Assembly (NCBI GenBank): GCA_032718475.1
Contig: JAUCBJ010004612.1
Location: 23,534 to 87,533, forward strand
Length of the DNA: 64,000 nt
Reading direction: 5' to 3'
Source of the DNA: Nemertoderma westbladi
Taxonomy: Eukaryota; Animalia; Xenacoelomorpha
The notes under the pieces are model-generated. The model was not told the DNA's origin and searched no databases. It worked only from the letters and a program-made list of their open reading frames with translations. Positions 28,289-40,068 of this stretch are shown here, piece after piece. Each line of letters opens with the position of its first letter. Position 1 is the first letter of the stretch. Made by a program: the position numbers and the translations under genes.

Positions 28289-30513
28289 TTAAGTTCTACT
28301 TCTGTCGCTGCCGCCTTTCGATCAACTTCTGCCGCTGCCGCCTTTCGATCAACTTCCGCCACTGCCGCCTTTCGATCAACTTCCGCTGCTGCAGCCTTTA
28401 ATTCTGCCTCAGCGGCTGCAGCTATTTTCCTATCTTCTATTAATCCTTTCTTTATTTGCTCCTCCTTGTCCATCTCGATGATAATGTTTTCATCTATTTT
28501 AGCCTGCTCCGCCACTAGCATCTCAGAATCCAATGAGTTCAAAATTAAGTTGGCTGCTTCACTATTGGGGTGAAGTCCGGCTAGATGTCTCCTTAGACAA
28601 ATCAGACAAATAGATGTCAATAGCATCCTTCTTTGGTGGTTTTTTGGATACCGCCTCGCTTTCCCCATGGGAGAAGATTGCATCTATTGATTCTCTGTAG
28701 GCTAGTTGTTCTGCTATCTGAGCCTTCCATTGGGTTGTTTCCTTGAACCTTAACATTCACTCGTTGGAACAAAGTCTTTACTGCCACCTGCAGTGATGTG
28801 ACTTCTCTTCGAGGCTTCTTCAAACGCAGAAAGGATTAATCTGATCCTCAGTTTCCGTTCTCTCACTTGGTATAGCAGTTCTCCCTGCTCTGGAGGTTCC
28901 AGTTGTCCTCGGAATAACTGGGTTTCCATTCATCCCACGGAGTTGAAGAATCCTTGGACATATCTGGCTGCCGATATCTTCCATACAGCGGGATCTCTGG
29001 TATCTCTAACTACGCCCAGGCAGCTTCGGATAAGTTGAACGGGAGTTCGGGTCCAGGAAAGTTCCATTGAGTTTCCACATAGACTTTAATTCCTCGAGCG
29101 GGTATCCGGCGTAACTATCTCTGGTTGACCGCTTATTTCTCGTCCAGTCCGCTTGATGTTCTTCTATGGCTAGAAGAACTCGGGTGAGCACTGCCCCAGG
29201 AAGAATCAGGAGTGGATCAGGGTAAACCACTTCTTCCATCTTTGATCCGATCTCGGGCATTAACTCTTCTGTGCTGGAACCAGAGTTACTGAGTGGTTGA
29301 GAAATAACCTCTCGGTCAGAGCACTGCTGCTGTTCTACAGCCGTCGCTTGGTCTCGCTTAACTTGAGCCCTAGTGCCTACAATAGTGCTTCACTAACCTA
29401 GTGTCCGACACAACTACTATAGGGATGACCTTTCTTACAGTAGGAGGGGACTTAGACCTCGGTTGGGGCCTTTCTATACTTTGATCTGGGTCACAGATCG
29501 TCTGTTCCAAAAGACTATCTGACATTGTTTGTTTTGGGTCAGACATAATTTATTTACAGTTGAATGCCTATCATGATAATAACAGTAAAGTAAGTCTAGG
29601 GCAAATCAGTATCAACTGTCAGTCTCGTAGTTACCAAATATTGTTACTCAATGTAACGTGGGTAGATATCGAGTGTTAGAATATCGGTATACACCTATAG
29701 TATATATAACAGTATTACTACAGACTAGGATCAATCACTGAATACCGGTATATAAGTTTAGCCTAAGTTATATAAATATATAATAAGCTTACTGTAAACA
29801 ACGATATTGTCAATAATTAAATAATAACTGATTATAACTGATTATATCTGATTTTAGGAATTATTTCCCTTTACTCTATGACTGATATTAAGCAATAGGT
29901 TCAACTGACATTAAGACCTAATTAATGTATAACAGGCATACAGATAGTTCTACTTAACTAAGTTACTTATCACTACAAATTACTTATTTACAACAGGTTG
30001 AGATTACACAATCTCTAAGTAAACAATAATCAAAGTTACACGTACAATTTTTAAGGGTAATTTTACAGGAATTTTACAAACCAGACTAACAAGAATTTAT
30101 AATTTCTGGTTCTTACAGACTGACAGAGAATTTACGTAAATTTGAAACCAATAAAGTAGTATTCACCAGATATGTGTTGACCAGATAAGGAAATGCCACC
30201 GTCTGACAGCTTATAGTATACACTATAAACAAACGTACCCGGAGTGTCCTATACCTAGAGATTAATTATTGAAGCCTAAAGCTAATGGACCTATTAACCA
30301 CGTTACAACACAAATATACTTAGTACACACTAAATTAACTTTCAGGAAAGCGCTGTACTCTAAACCCTAGATTAGATACTAGCTCTTATACAACATATAA
30401 CTTGCAGTGAAATATACGTGAACAGCTAAAAGAACCACAGCATCTGCTGGAGTGACTGGAGTATTTAGTCTTAATCATCCGATGCTAAAGAAATCACCAG
30501 TCTGTCCTACGCC

Positions 30514-30930
30514 AGTAGTAGGAGAAGAAGTGTCCCCACCATAGTCCTCCCTAGCTTGGGCTATGGGCATTCCATTCGGAGGCCTTTACAAAATGCCAAA
30601 TTCCGGTGCTAAATTGCGGTGCGCGCCATATGTCACCATTGGCAGTTGCCATCAACCAATCGTAGCGTAGCCTAACCTCGCGATGCCCGCCTTACTCGAC
30701 TACTGACTAACTAACCCTAATGTTATTCACCTTTTCGCCACGTTACTACCAAGCTACCACCACTATACTGTATATGGTGACGACAACGACAATGTGGCCA
30801 TCTACACGCATCACGCATATTATATATTATATTATATCGATTGCCAACTCCTCGACTGCTGTCGCCAAACCAACAAACCAACCAACCAGCCAGTATGATA
30901 CATGAAATTCCGCCACGTTCCAGCTACGCG
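30514..30930 (+). repeat. Polinton left terminal inverted repeat
   Basis: Reverse complement of ~49821-50251. Outer ~95 bp identical, scattered differences inward. Confidence 0.95.
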
Positions 30931-31213
30931 TATACGAGCATTAGTGATTATTATTATTATTACGCAGAACCAAATAATTTTTGATTATACAGTAGTTCCC
31001 TACCGGCTAATCAACCAATCAATAAACCGAATTTAGGCTATTTCTCAGTTTAAGACCTGTATTATTTTTGAAAATATCTTATATATAATCTCTTGCTTTA
31101 ATCACAATTAATCATTTGTAATGGTTTTAGTTTAAAAGTTTTTACTTTGTTTGTTTGTTTGATTTACAATTACTTTGTTTGTTTGTTTGATTTACAATAA
31201 AATAAATTAAATA

Positions 31214-31621
31214 ATGTCTTCTGATTCCGATATGGTTATGCCAATAGTAAGGCATTCATTTTTTGCAGAAGATGGTGAAGCCTATATTGTTATTGATTAT
31301 ACAATTTACCGTCGGGGAGATGATAAATATAAAATTGAGTTTTCTGAAAAAGCCAGGAAAGTTTTAAGCTCAATTGATATTGATGCTTCTGATAATAGTA
31401 TTCATCTCTTAGATTACAACCTGAAAGTTGAGCATGAGGGAAAATTAATCAATATCTTACTATTATCCATGATAGAGGGGTTAATTGTTATTACACAATA
31501 CAACGAAGCTGGTGAAAAGTTTGAAATACGGCTAAATCGGCATAGCCCCTACAAAATTATGTCTTTCTTTATTGTAATGATTTCAAAAGAATCCTTTGTC
31601 GAAACTGAAGAATCAACATAA
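31214..31621 (+). CDS. Polinton hypothetical protein (135 aa)
   Basis: Clean ATG-to-stop ORF in AT-rich DNA after a TATA-like motif (~31081), first gene inside the left TIR. No recognisable motif. Confidence 0.6.
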   Translation: MSSDSDMVMPIVRHSFFAEDGEAYIVIDYTIYRRGDDKYKIEFSEKARKVLSSIDIDASDNSIHLLDYNLKVEHEGKLINILLLSMIEGLIVITQYNEAGEKFEIRLNRHSPYKIMSFFIVMISKESFVETEEST

Positions 31622-31842
31622 TGTTGAATATGTTGATAATATCATTGATTCTTGACTTTTCCCACTATATTATAAATATTTTATGATTATTTATAAAATT
31701 TTGATGTTTTTAATTATGAAAAAAAAAACATCAAATTTTAAATAATCGAAAATTGTAGTAGTAATTGCATATACAGTATAACAGATTTGTTTGTTGTTGT
31801 GTATTGAGGTAATTATTTTCAATTTACTTTAAAATTTCGAAA

Positions 31843-32292
31843 ATGGATATTTTAAATGAAAAATGTCCAGTTTGCTATTCTAAGTTATTGCAACATCGAG
31901 ATTATTATAAATGTGAAAATAAACATGCAACTTGCGTACAATGTATTGTACAATATTCCGAAATGAATAATTATTGTTCTAAAATTTGTCCTATTTGTCG
32001 CGCACCCATATCTAAGTTTAATATAAAGTTGGCAAGATACCAACCCTATTATTGGAAAGAGCTTCGCAATATAACTTATATTTCTGCGGAAAGTAATGAT
32101 CCAGGAGATTTATTTACAATATTGGAGAATATTTTTTATAGAAATGTAGTACGACGGTGTTGCTACTATATTCCTTATTTTTTTAGCAGCGAACATAAAA
32201 AAATCATTAGCGCGAAATTCTCGGGAAGTGATTTCCAAACCGCCGATGTTACCTATCATTATTTCGCGTATAAAGATGCTCACCATGCTTGA
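31843..32292 (+). CDS. RING-finger (C3HC4-type) protein
   Basis: CPVC-x11-CENKHATCVQC-x14-CPICRAPI. Confidence 0.8.
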   Translation: MDILNEKCPVCYSKLLQHRDYYKCENKHATCVQCIVQYSEMNNYCSKICPICRAPISKFNIKLARYQPYYWKELRNITYISAESNDPGDLFTILENIFYRNVVRRCCYYIPYFFSSEHKKIISAKFSGSDFQTADVTYHYFAYKDAHHA

Positions 32293-32515
32293 AATTACAT
32301 TGAAAATGAGTCTATACTATAATTGGAAATAGCACCTTTTGTTGCAGCGAGCGTCACATACTGTAGTTGTGTCATATGTTAATTAAATATACAGTACTCT
32401 AATATTGTAGTTGCATCAATTATTGTTATATACATAGTAATGGTGATGGTTTATTGATATTGATATTTATATTATATTATATTGTATTGTTGATATATCT
32501 TAATAATAATAATAA

Positions 32516-33196
32516 ATGGCTGACTTTAATTCAGGTCCATATAATTTAAACTTTCAAATGGGAACGAGTATGATAATTTCTGGCCCATCTGGTTCTGGAA
32601 AGTCAACATTTGTGAGCAATTTAATTAAACACAAGAATGGTTGTTTCAACGAAGCCCCCTTGCGAGTATTGTATTGTTACGGGAGCAGTCCCCCAACTAT
32701 TCCTGGTATTACTCACCTTTACAAAGGTTTGCCAGAAAATATAGATAGTTTAGTGAATAGTCGAGATTTATTAATTATAGATGATTTATTAACAGAAACT
32801 GAGTCCAGTACAGCTTTAACTGTATTGTTTACTAAGGTAGCTCATCATTCCAATATATTTATTTGTTTTATAACGCAAAACATGTTTTACGGTGGGAAGC
32901 ATAACCGCACAAGATCAATTAATAGCCATACTTTAGTATTAATGAAAAATCCGCGAGACAGTTTATCGGTTTTAAATTTCGCGAAGCAGATGTTACCAGG
33001 GCAGACCAAATTTTTAGTAGATTCCTATCAAGATGCGACTATTGAACCATTTTCGCATTTCTTAATTGATTTACGACAGGAAACACCCGAACATTTAAGA
33101 TTTAGATCGGATATATTTCGTAATCATAATTGTTACATTAAAAATTACATTGACTATAAACGTAGCGAAAATAATAATAATAATAATAATAAATAA
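32516..33196 (+). CDS. Polinton packaging ATPase (A32/FtsK-like)
   Basis: Walker A GPSGSGKST, Walker B LLIIDDL, LFTKVAHH, FITQN, KNPRD, IDLRQETPEHLRFR. Confidence 0.93.
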   Translation: MADFNSGPYNLNFQMGTSMIISGPSGSGKSTFVSNLIKHKNGCFNEAPLRVLYCYGSSPPTIPGITHLYKGLPENIDSLVNSRDLLIIDDLLTETESSTALTVLFTKVAHHSNIFICFITQNMFYGGKHNRTRSINSHTLVLMKNPRDSLSVLNFAKQMLPGQTKFLVDSYQDATIEPFSHFLIDLRQETPEHLRFRSDIFRNHNCYIKNYIDYKRSENNNNNNNK

Positions 33197-33233
33197 TTAA
33201 TATTTTGTAACAATTTTCAATAATGTTGCAACA

Positions 33234-33419
33234 ATGAATAGACTTGTGCAGAAATATCGTAACGAACTGCAATTTCTACGCAGCGCTACCCCTCAACAAA
33301 GAACTAATTTTATTAACCATACCGCGAGTAACGAATTAATACGGCTCATTGTAAATACTGCATTAAATGTTCTAAAAGGTAACGTACTAATAATGGTTAA
33401 AACAGGAGTAACATTTTGA
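33234..33419 (+). pseudogene. truncated conserved small Polinton protein
   Basis: LQFLRSATPQQRTNFI...LIRLIVNTALNVLKGNV matches the small helical protein I recall following the ATPase in many Polintons. It ends abruptly after GNV. Confidence 0.6.
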
Positions 33420-33614
33420 AAATTATATTTAGTATCGAGTAAACCGTTAGCTACTGATTTAAAACCTCAAGATATACCTAGAGTAAATACTACAAAAAGA
33501 AAACCCTTTAAAATATCAACTTCAAAAAAAATAATTAAAAAATTTCAGTTGTTTTTACGGTGATGCCCTTTATAAGAGATTTGAATATACATATTACTTG
33601 CGGTTGTCGAAAAG

Positions 33615-34703
33615 ATGCCACGCAAGATGAAACCGATTTTAAGCCGAAGCTTAGTCAAAAAACTGTTAAGAATTTATTTAGATCCTTCATCCCCTGCGGG
33701 TTTTGCAAGTATCGTAAAATTAGCAAAAGCTGCAAACATCAAACCAGCTCAAGCCCAGAAATGGTTGAGCGGGCAAAAGACATACTCCCTTCACGCACCA
33801 CGTAGACATCATTATCCAACATCTAAAATATTTACGGGAGGCTTAAAATATATATATATGATAGATCTGGTGGATATGCAGCAATATAAATTGCAAAATA
33901 ATAATTATAACTATATATTAACATGTATTGATGCCTTTAGCCGGCTTGCTTTTGCCTATGGTATGAAAACAAAAAAGGGTATTGAAATTATTAGTATATT
34001 GCAAAAAATATTCCAGAAAGGAAAACCAAACAGAATCGCAACTGATCAAGGGTCTGAGTTTCTAAATAAATCTGTAAGGAAATATTTAGATACTATTGGT
34101 ATACAGTATTATGTAATGTATTCTGTGAATAAGGTGGCTATTGTCGAGAGATTCAATAGAACATTAAAAACAAAGATGTTCAAAATTTTCATGCAACGGG
34201 GAAATAATGTTTGGATAAAAATTTTACCGAAGCTCATTTATGCTTATAATAGGTCATATCATAGGACAATACAAATGACACCCATTGAAGTTAATAAATT
34301 TAATGAAACTGAATTAATGAATAGATTATATGGGAAATATAGACAGATTAATCACAAGAAAATAAAATTTAAAGTTGGAGATACAGTACGATTATCTATC
34401 GCTCGTACTGCTTTTGCTAAAGGCTATCGAGAACAATGGACACGTGAATTATTTATTATTCATCGGGTCAGATTGGATAGAGTACCAGCGGTAATGTTCG
34501 ATATTAAGGATAGCGCTGGAGCTATAAGAAACGGCTCATTTTATTCATACGAACTCCAAAAGGTCCACCCGAATAGTAATATTTATCTTCCGATTGACAA
34601 AAATATTGGCAAACTTAAAGAACGTGTACGCAATGGGAAAAAAGAATATTTAGTCCGATTCATCGGATCCAAGAAACAGTCGTGGGTACAGCATATTCAA
34701 TAA
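33615..34703 (+). CDS. int: retroviral-like (rve/c-integrase) DDE integrase with C-terminal chromodomain-like region
   Basis: YMIDLVDM, CIDAFSR, TDQGSEF, AIVERFNRTLK, YNRSYHRTI, FKVGDTVR, GSFYSYELQKV, EYLVRFIG...SWV. ORF intact. Confidence 0.95.
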   Translation: MPRKMKPILSRSLVKKLLRIYLDPSSPAGFASIVKLAKAANIKPAQAQKWLSGQKTYSLHAPRRHHYPTSKIFTGGLKYIYMIDLVDMQQYKLQNNNYNYILTCIDAFSRLAFAYGMKTKKGIEIISILQKIFQKGKPNRIATDQGSEFLNKSVRKYLDTIGIQYYVMYSVNKVAIVERFNRTLKTKMFKIFMQRGNNVWIKILPKLIYAYNRSYHRTIQMTPIEVNKFNETELMNRLYGKYRQINHKKIKFKVGDTVRLSIARTAFAKGYREQWTRELFIIHRVRLDRVPAVMFDIKDSAGAIRNGSFYSYELQKVHPNSNIYLPIDKNIGKLKERVRNGKKEYLVRFIGSKKQSWVQHIQ

Positions 34704-34966
34704 GTTTAGGTTTATACTGTATATTAATTCATTTTGGTCACATATGTCCGTAATTAATTAATCAATCAATATTAACTCGAATGATATTACTATACTATAG
34801 TTCATTCGCTTTAAATAAAGCCAGTAAAATATTGATCCCTCGCATATACTGTAGAAGTGGGAATGAACGTGGTCACAGATGTCTATAATTTAACATTATA
34901 CCGTACTGTACTGTACTGTATGTACAAAGGAGTCAAGTAGAGAGAGCTTAAATAATAATAATAATA

Positions 34967-37396
34967 ATGGCTGTAGATACATATATCACTCTACTTTCAG
35001 ATAGCTCATTAAACACTTACCCCAATAATAACCCTAGCGAGTTTACTGTTGATTTAGCCGAAGAATTATATATTGGTCCAAACGCTAAAATTGGACTCGC
35101 CGAGATACAATACCAAGCAACATACAGTAATATTACTCTGCAAACTCAAATCTTGCTGTCAATCGGGGTAGATGCAAAAGATGCCAAATTATACAGTTTA
35201 TTTCCTGGTATGCATAGCTCTATTCAAGTCATTATTGATGATATAAATAAACTGTTTAATTCTGAAGCGAAATATAGAGATTTCGAATTCATTTTTAATA
35301 CAAATAATTCTAGAATTAAATTTAAATTTCCTAAAAAGTTGAAAAAAATACAATTAAGTCTACGCGGTGATTTAATTCAAATTCTAGGCTTAAAACCGTT
35401 ATTGGATCAGAATCATCCGAGTATTCCGAATTGGGATATATACAGTACCACTACAGTGGATGAATTAAGCAATATAGAACAGCCGATATTAATTTTAAAT
35501 TATAGTGGACCAAAAATTTCGGAAATTGGGATTTTAGATTTTCCGGCTCCCACGAATATTACTCGTAATAAAGATACAATCTTCATATATACAGATATTA
35601 TTAAGAGCTCATTTGTTGGTGACGCTTTAGCACCGCTCTTAACCCTATTAAACCCGGGGGGGGGGTCAATATGACCCCTCCCGTGGTTTTTTTATTATAA
35701 TTCTGAAACAAACGCAGTTGGGAATCTGAAATTTTATGACTTTTCCTAAAAATCTATTGTCTTCCTAGTAGTGAAAACCGTTTTCAAAAATATTGGGTAC
35801 TTTTCGAGTTATAGCGCCATTTTTTAACCCTACTTTTGGCACTTTTTTTGAGACGTTTTTTGAAAATTACATTTCATTAAATATGAATTGTAACATCTCT
35901 ATTTTTTATTTACACGGGTTTTTTGGTGTTAGAAATTTGATGGAATTCATATAAATTGATTTAGAAATTTTAAACTTGTTTTTTTCGGTGGGTGCCAAAT
36001 TTTGGTGCCAGCACCAAATTTTGAAATAAGTCAATTTTGTAAATTGATCGTTTGAAACTTGTTTTTTACGCAATTGGGGTGTTTTGGGTTTCTGGATTCG
36101 AAGAAATATATACGAGTTGCACGAAGCGTATCAAACTTGTATTTTTCGGTGCTGTGTGCAAATTTTGGTGCTAGCACGAAATTTTGAAAATCCATTCAAT
36201 AGATAAAATTGCTTGTGAGAATTTATTTCTTGCGTTTTAGAGGTTTATGGCTGTTCTGAATTCAATGGAAAATATAATTATCGAACTAGACATCTCAAAC
36301 TTGTATTTTTCGGATGTGGGTGCAAAATGTGGTGCTAGCACCAAATTTTGAAAACCATCAAATATATCAATTGATTGTGTCACCTTGTTTCTTGCGTTAT
36401 ACGGGTTTGTGATGGTTCTGAATTCAATGGAATCAGTAAAAATTTCATAAGAGTTGTCCAACTTGTATTTTTCGCCGGTGGGTGAAAATTGTTGTGCCAG
36501 CACCAAATTTTGGAAAATATGCAAATTGATAAGTAGATAGTATCACCTTGTTTCTTGCGTTATATGGGTTTATGAGGGTCCTGAATCCGATGGAATCAAT
36601 AAAAACTGCACTGGACATCGCAAACTTGTACTTTTTGGTGATGGGTACGAAATTTGGTGCTAGCACCAAAATTTGCCAAATTACGCCGAAAAATACAAGT
36701 AGCAATGATCTAGCATATTAGAAATGTATTCCATTAGAATCAGCGCCCTCGAAAACCTGAAAATGTGAATTTATAGCATCGTATAAGTGAATTAAAAATT
36801 TTGTGTTCTAACTGAAAAGTGCTGGTTACTTGTTTTTTTCATTTTTTTCCTACGCAGAGAGGACTAAACAGCAATTTATAGTAATGATATCATTTTTTAA
36901 TATTTTCCAATGTATTTTACACCCCAGAAAACCTGTATTGAAAAATAATTAGCCGAAAATGTAACTTTCAAATTTGGTGAAAATTGTGCACTACTTGTAA
37001 TTTTGGTGCTGCAATATAACCACCCCAGTACATTTTTTCGAAAATTTTTTTTTTCGGTCGGATCCAGACAAGTGATACCTACGTACAAACAAAAAATCAG
37101 ACGTTTTCGTAAATATTTGTAGATTTTAGAGGGGGGGGTCAATATGACCCCCTCCCGGTATTTGTACAACATTTTATAGCCCGGTACTAATAGGGTTAAG
37201 AACCTGTCCTTTAACACAATTAAATCGAAAATATATTAATCACGAATACGAGAGCATTTGCTATTACCCGTTGTTGAATAAAAAACTAAAAACAATCTTA
37301 ATTACTTTACGTGACGGTCAAGGTGAATTAATTAATTTCAACGGTGGTCGCACTGTTATAACACTTAAGTTAATACGTGGTAGTGGTGATGGATGA
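34967..37396 (+). pseudogene. minor capsid (penton/PX-like) protein 1, interrupted by MITE D
   Basis: YITLLSDSSLNTYPNNNPSEFTVDL...IGLAEIQY...IFIYTDII...VGDALAPLL. After removing the MITE it continues in frame RTCP...YYPL...ITLRDGQGELINFNGGRTVITL to TGA at 37394-37396. Confidence 0.85.
35643..37195 (-). mobile_element. full-length TTAA-target MITE copy D, inside the Polinton
   Basis: TTAA at 35639-35642 and 37196-37199; reverse complement of copies B and C. Confidence 0.93.
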
Positions 37397-38238
37397 GTTC
37401 TACGTTAGACTACCAAGTAACTCCTGTCCAATTGATTTTCCTCGTAATACTGGTAGTAATTATCAGATCAATTTTCATGGCGCCTTACCTATAAATCCAA
37501 ACGAAAACTGGGTGGTAGGTATAAAAAGTATATGTTACTTAGCCACGTTACCGTCCATGTATAACAATGTAGAGAATGTTATTTTATTAAAAAAAGGGAA
37601 AAAAAAATTTGAGGATACACTTCCATCCGGTTTGTTCTACAGTATCAATGACATTATAGATTATTTTAACACTGGGGCGTTGAAAGATAAATTACAAATA
37701 GTTGAAAATACTCAGCAAAATAGGTTGCAATTTATTATAAGGAAAACTGTACGAGAGTTATTTATAGGTCAGTCAACAATTAGCCTATTATTTTGGAATT
37801 ACTGAAAATAATCTCGGTGCGAATTTAAATCCAAATTTTAAAATTATTTTAAAGACGAAAAATAATATAAAGTGTTATTTAATAAAGGTTATCGGAAATG
37901 AAGAAAAAGCTTACCAGATGGTATTTTTATGCCCTCAACCACCCAATTCTATTCCAGAACCTAAATCGAACATGTACGTGACTACTAATATAATTGAAAA
38001 TGAATATATTAATGACTTTGGTTTAGCCTTACTTCGTCGTGTCGCGATACCTGATGACGTGAAATATGGTAGTGTAATAAATAAAGAATTTGTCAAGGAT
38101 ACAATTCATTATATCCCTGTAAAAAAATCATATAAGATAACATACATTCATATTGAAATAACAGACAAAGAAGGAAAAGATTTGAATTTTGAATACGGCA
38201 CAACTTCAATTACCTTACACTTTAAAAAAATAAATTAA
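37389..38238 (+). pseudogene. minor capsid (penton/PX-like) protein 2, one frameshift near 37770
   Basis: MDEFYVRLPSNS...FPRNTGSNY...WVVGIKSICY, shift, then LAYYFG...MYVTTNII...LLRRV...YIPV...IHIEITDKEGKDLNFEYGTTSITLHFKK. Confidence 0.83.
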
Positions 38239-38239
38239 A

Positions 38240-38804
38240 ATGGATTCCGATTTATTTCAAAGATACAGTAAACCTCAATATGGTGGTGCAGACTCTAATC
38301 TTGCTGTTTTTAAAGGTGGTAGAAGTACGAGAGGCTCGACGCAAGTTCCTGTTTTTCGAGGTGGTTCATATATTGACCCTTAAGGACAACAAATTGGTGC
38401 ATTTGGTCCAAACTTAAAACAACGTCGTTTTCAACGTTATCGTAGAGGTATGTTGCGAACAAATCAACACGGGGAAGGTATATTTACAGACGCTTTATCT
38501 ACATTGAAAAAATTTGGTAAGCCATTAGCAAAAAAAAGTGTTACAAAAAGCTAAACCATTTACCACAAAATTTATGAGACAACACGTAATACCAAAAGGT
38601 AAGCGGGTCTTACATCAGCAGGCTAATACGGTTATTAATAAAGCATTAAATAAAATGAAACCATCAACAAGATCTGTTGTAGAAAAAGTTTATAGAGATT
38701 TAAAGCGACCTACTAGGCCAATGTCTATGAACATACATCATCGTCGTAGTAAAAATAGAAAAATAAAAGGCAAACTGAAACACTGCGAAAAAAGTATTTT
38801 TTAA
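38240..38804 (+). pseudogene. basic, Gly-motif virion core/membrane-active precursor-like protein (one stop, one frameshift)
   Basis: MDSDLF...QYGG...FKGG...FRGG...stop...QHGEGIFTDALSTLKKFGKPLAKK, then a K/R-rich tail (38538-38804). Located between mCP and MCP. Confidence 0.65.
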
Positions 38805-38806
38805 TA

Positions 38807-40066
38807 ATGTCAATTATTAAGGAATTAGATTTATTTTCTACACAGCCAATACAGACTGAATTTAAAGCAAAGCATTATGAAACAATTTACCCGGTATCCA
38901 ATCTCAGAAGTGAGTCTAGGGAAGTCACGTTCCTTGTACCAAGATCCAATAAATTTTATACGAAACTGCAAGATGCGTTATTAATTACAAAATATACTGT
39001 ACGGTGGGATAGACGACTTGAAAACTCCCATATTTATATGTTGAATTACCCTTCTGGGACTATGTGGAGTGATATTAAAATAGACCTTAATGAGAAGCAG
39101 GTTGAAAATAGCAATAACCATTATTTCTACAAGTCGTACTTATCCAATTTACTATTTACAACATACGAATCTAAAAATGGGCTACTGGGGGCGGGTGGCT
39201 TTCATCAGCCTTTATCTGAACACGGAAATGAAATTAATCCTGGTGCGCATCCTATTGGCGATGCCTTTAGTAAACAAATGCAATTTGTAAGTGGATTGAC
39301 AATTGATTTTGATACTGAAACTAAAATAATACAACCTGGGTATGATTTAAGAATGCATTTTAGAAAAGTATCAAATTCGTTTATTTTTAAAATCACTCCA
39401 AATGCAAACGCTGTGACAAATCTTCCGTTAGAATTAGATGAAGTAAAGATCCTAATCCCTAGAATGGAGGTTAATCCAGTAATAGAAAGCAGTCACCTAA
39501 AAGGTTTAGAGAGTTACGATATTGAATATCAATTCCAAAAAAAGGAGGTTACAATATTTACTATTCCCGCTCAAACCACAAATTACACCCAAACAAACAT
39601 ATTTGATGGTAAAAAACCCAAATTAGTTATTATCGGTTTTATAACAAATAATGCATATTCGGGAGAATTAATTAGTAACCCCTTAAAATTTGAACATTTT
39701 AACCTTAGATGCGCGGAACTGATTGTAGACGGTCTTCCAGTAGGTGGTGTAATATACGACCCTAATTTTACAGATGGAACATACATTTTTGAGTATACTC
39801 AATTAATGAAAAACATTAATACATATATTAACGGTTATGGAGGTAATAATATAGACCATGAAACCTACTTAGGTAATTGCCCACTCATATCCTGGGACCT
39901 AACCGCCGACGGCTATGTTAGAGATCCGCAACCTTCGATATATACTAACGGCCAATTAAAATTAAGATTTGCCGAACCGTTGGTTGAGACCATAAATGTA
40001 ATCGTTTTTAATATTTATGATCAATCATTAAGTTTAAATAGCAGGAAAGAAATACATATCGATTAA
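38807..40066 (+). CDS. major capsid protein (double jelly-roll, PY/hexon)
   Basis: KELDLFSTQPIQTE...YETIYP, YKSYLSNLL, KPKLVIIGFITNNAYSG...NPLKFEHF, WDLTAD, LRFAEPL. 419 aa, intact. Confidence 0.9.
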   Translation: MSIIKELDLFSTQPIQTEFKAKHYETIYPVSNLRSESREVTFLVPRSNKFYTKLQDALLITKYTVRWDRRLENSHIYMLNYPSGTMWSDIKIDLNEKQVENSNNHYFYKSYLSNLLFTTYESKNGLLGAGGFHQPLSEHGNEINPGAHPIGDAFSKQMQFVSGLTIDFDTETKIIQPGYDLRMHFRKVSNSFIFKITPNANAVTNLPLELDEVKILIPRMEVNPVIESSHLKGLESYDIEYQFQKKEVTIFTIPAQTTNYTQTNIFDGKKPKLVIIGFITNNAYSGELISNPLKFEHFNLRCAELIVDGLPVGGVIYDPNFTDGTYIFEYTQLMKNINTYINGYGGNNIDHETYLGNCPLISWDLTADGYVRDPQPSIYTNGQLKLRFAEPLVETINVIVFNIYDQSLSLNSRKEIHID

Positions 40067-40068
40067 GT

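Larger units (their letters stand above)
22991..29546 (-). pseudogene. gag: BEL/Pao gag, interrupted by two MITEs
   Basis: ATG at 29546 is homologous to 62536. AEVDRKAAA repeats; DUF1759-like KFNGDEMKWLPF...EKLRFLIECLEG; knuckles CVLCEGPHRLSGC, CYNCLRRGH, CAKCGAKHHILLH. Removing the MITEs restores PDGLRQVW and EVELKGQR. Confidence 0.88.

Noticed and set aside
30720-30905. Short ORFs in the Polinton TIRs (also 49828-50022)
   Set aside because: Low complexity, and the frames are not preserved between the two TIR copies.
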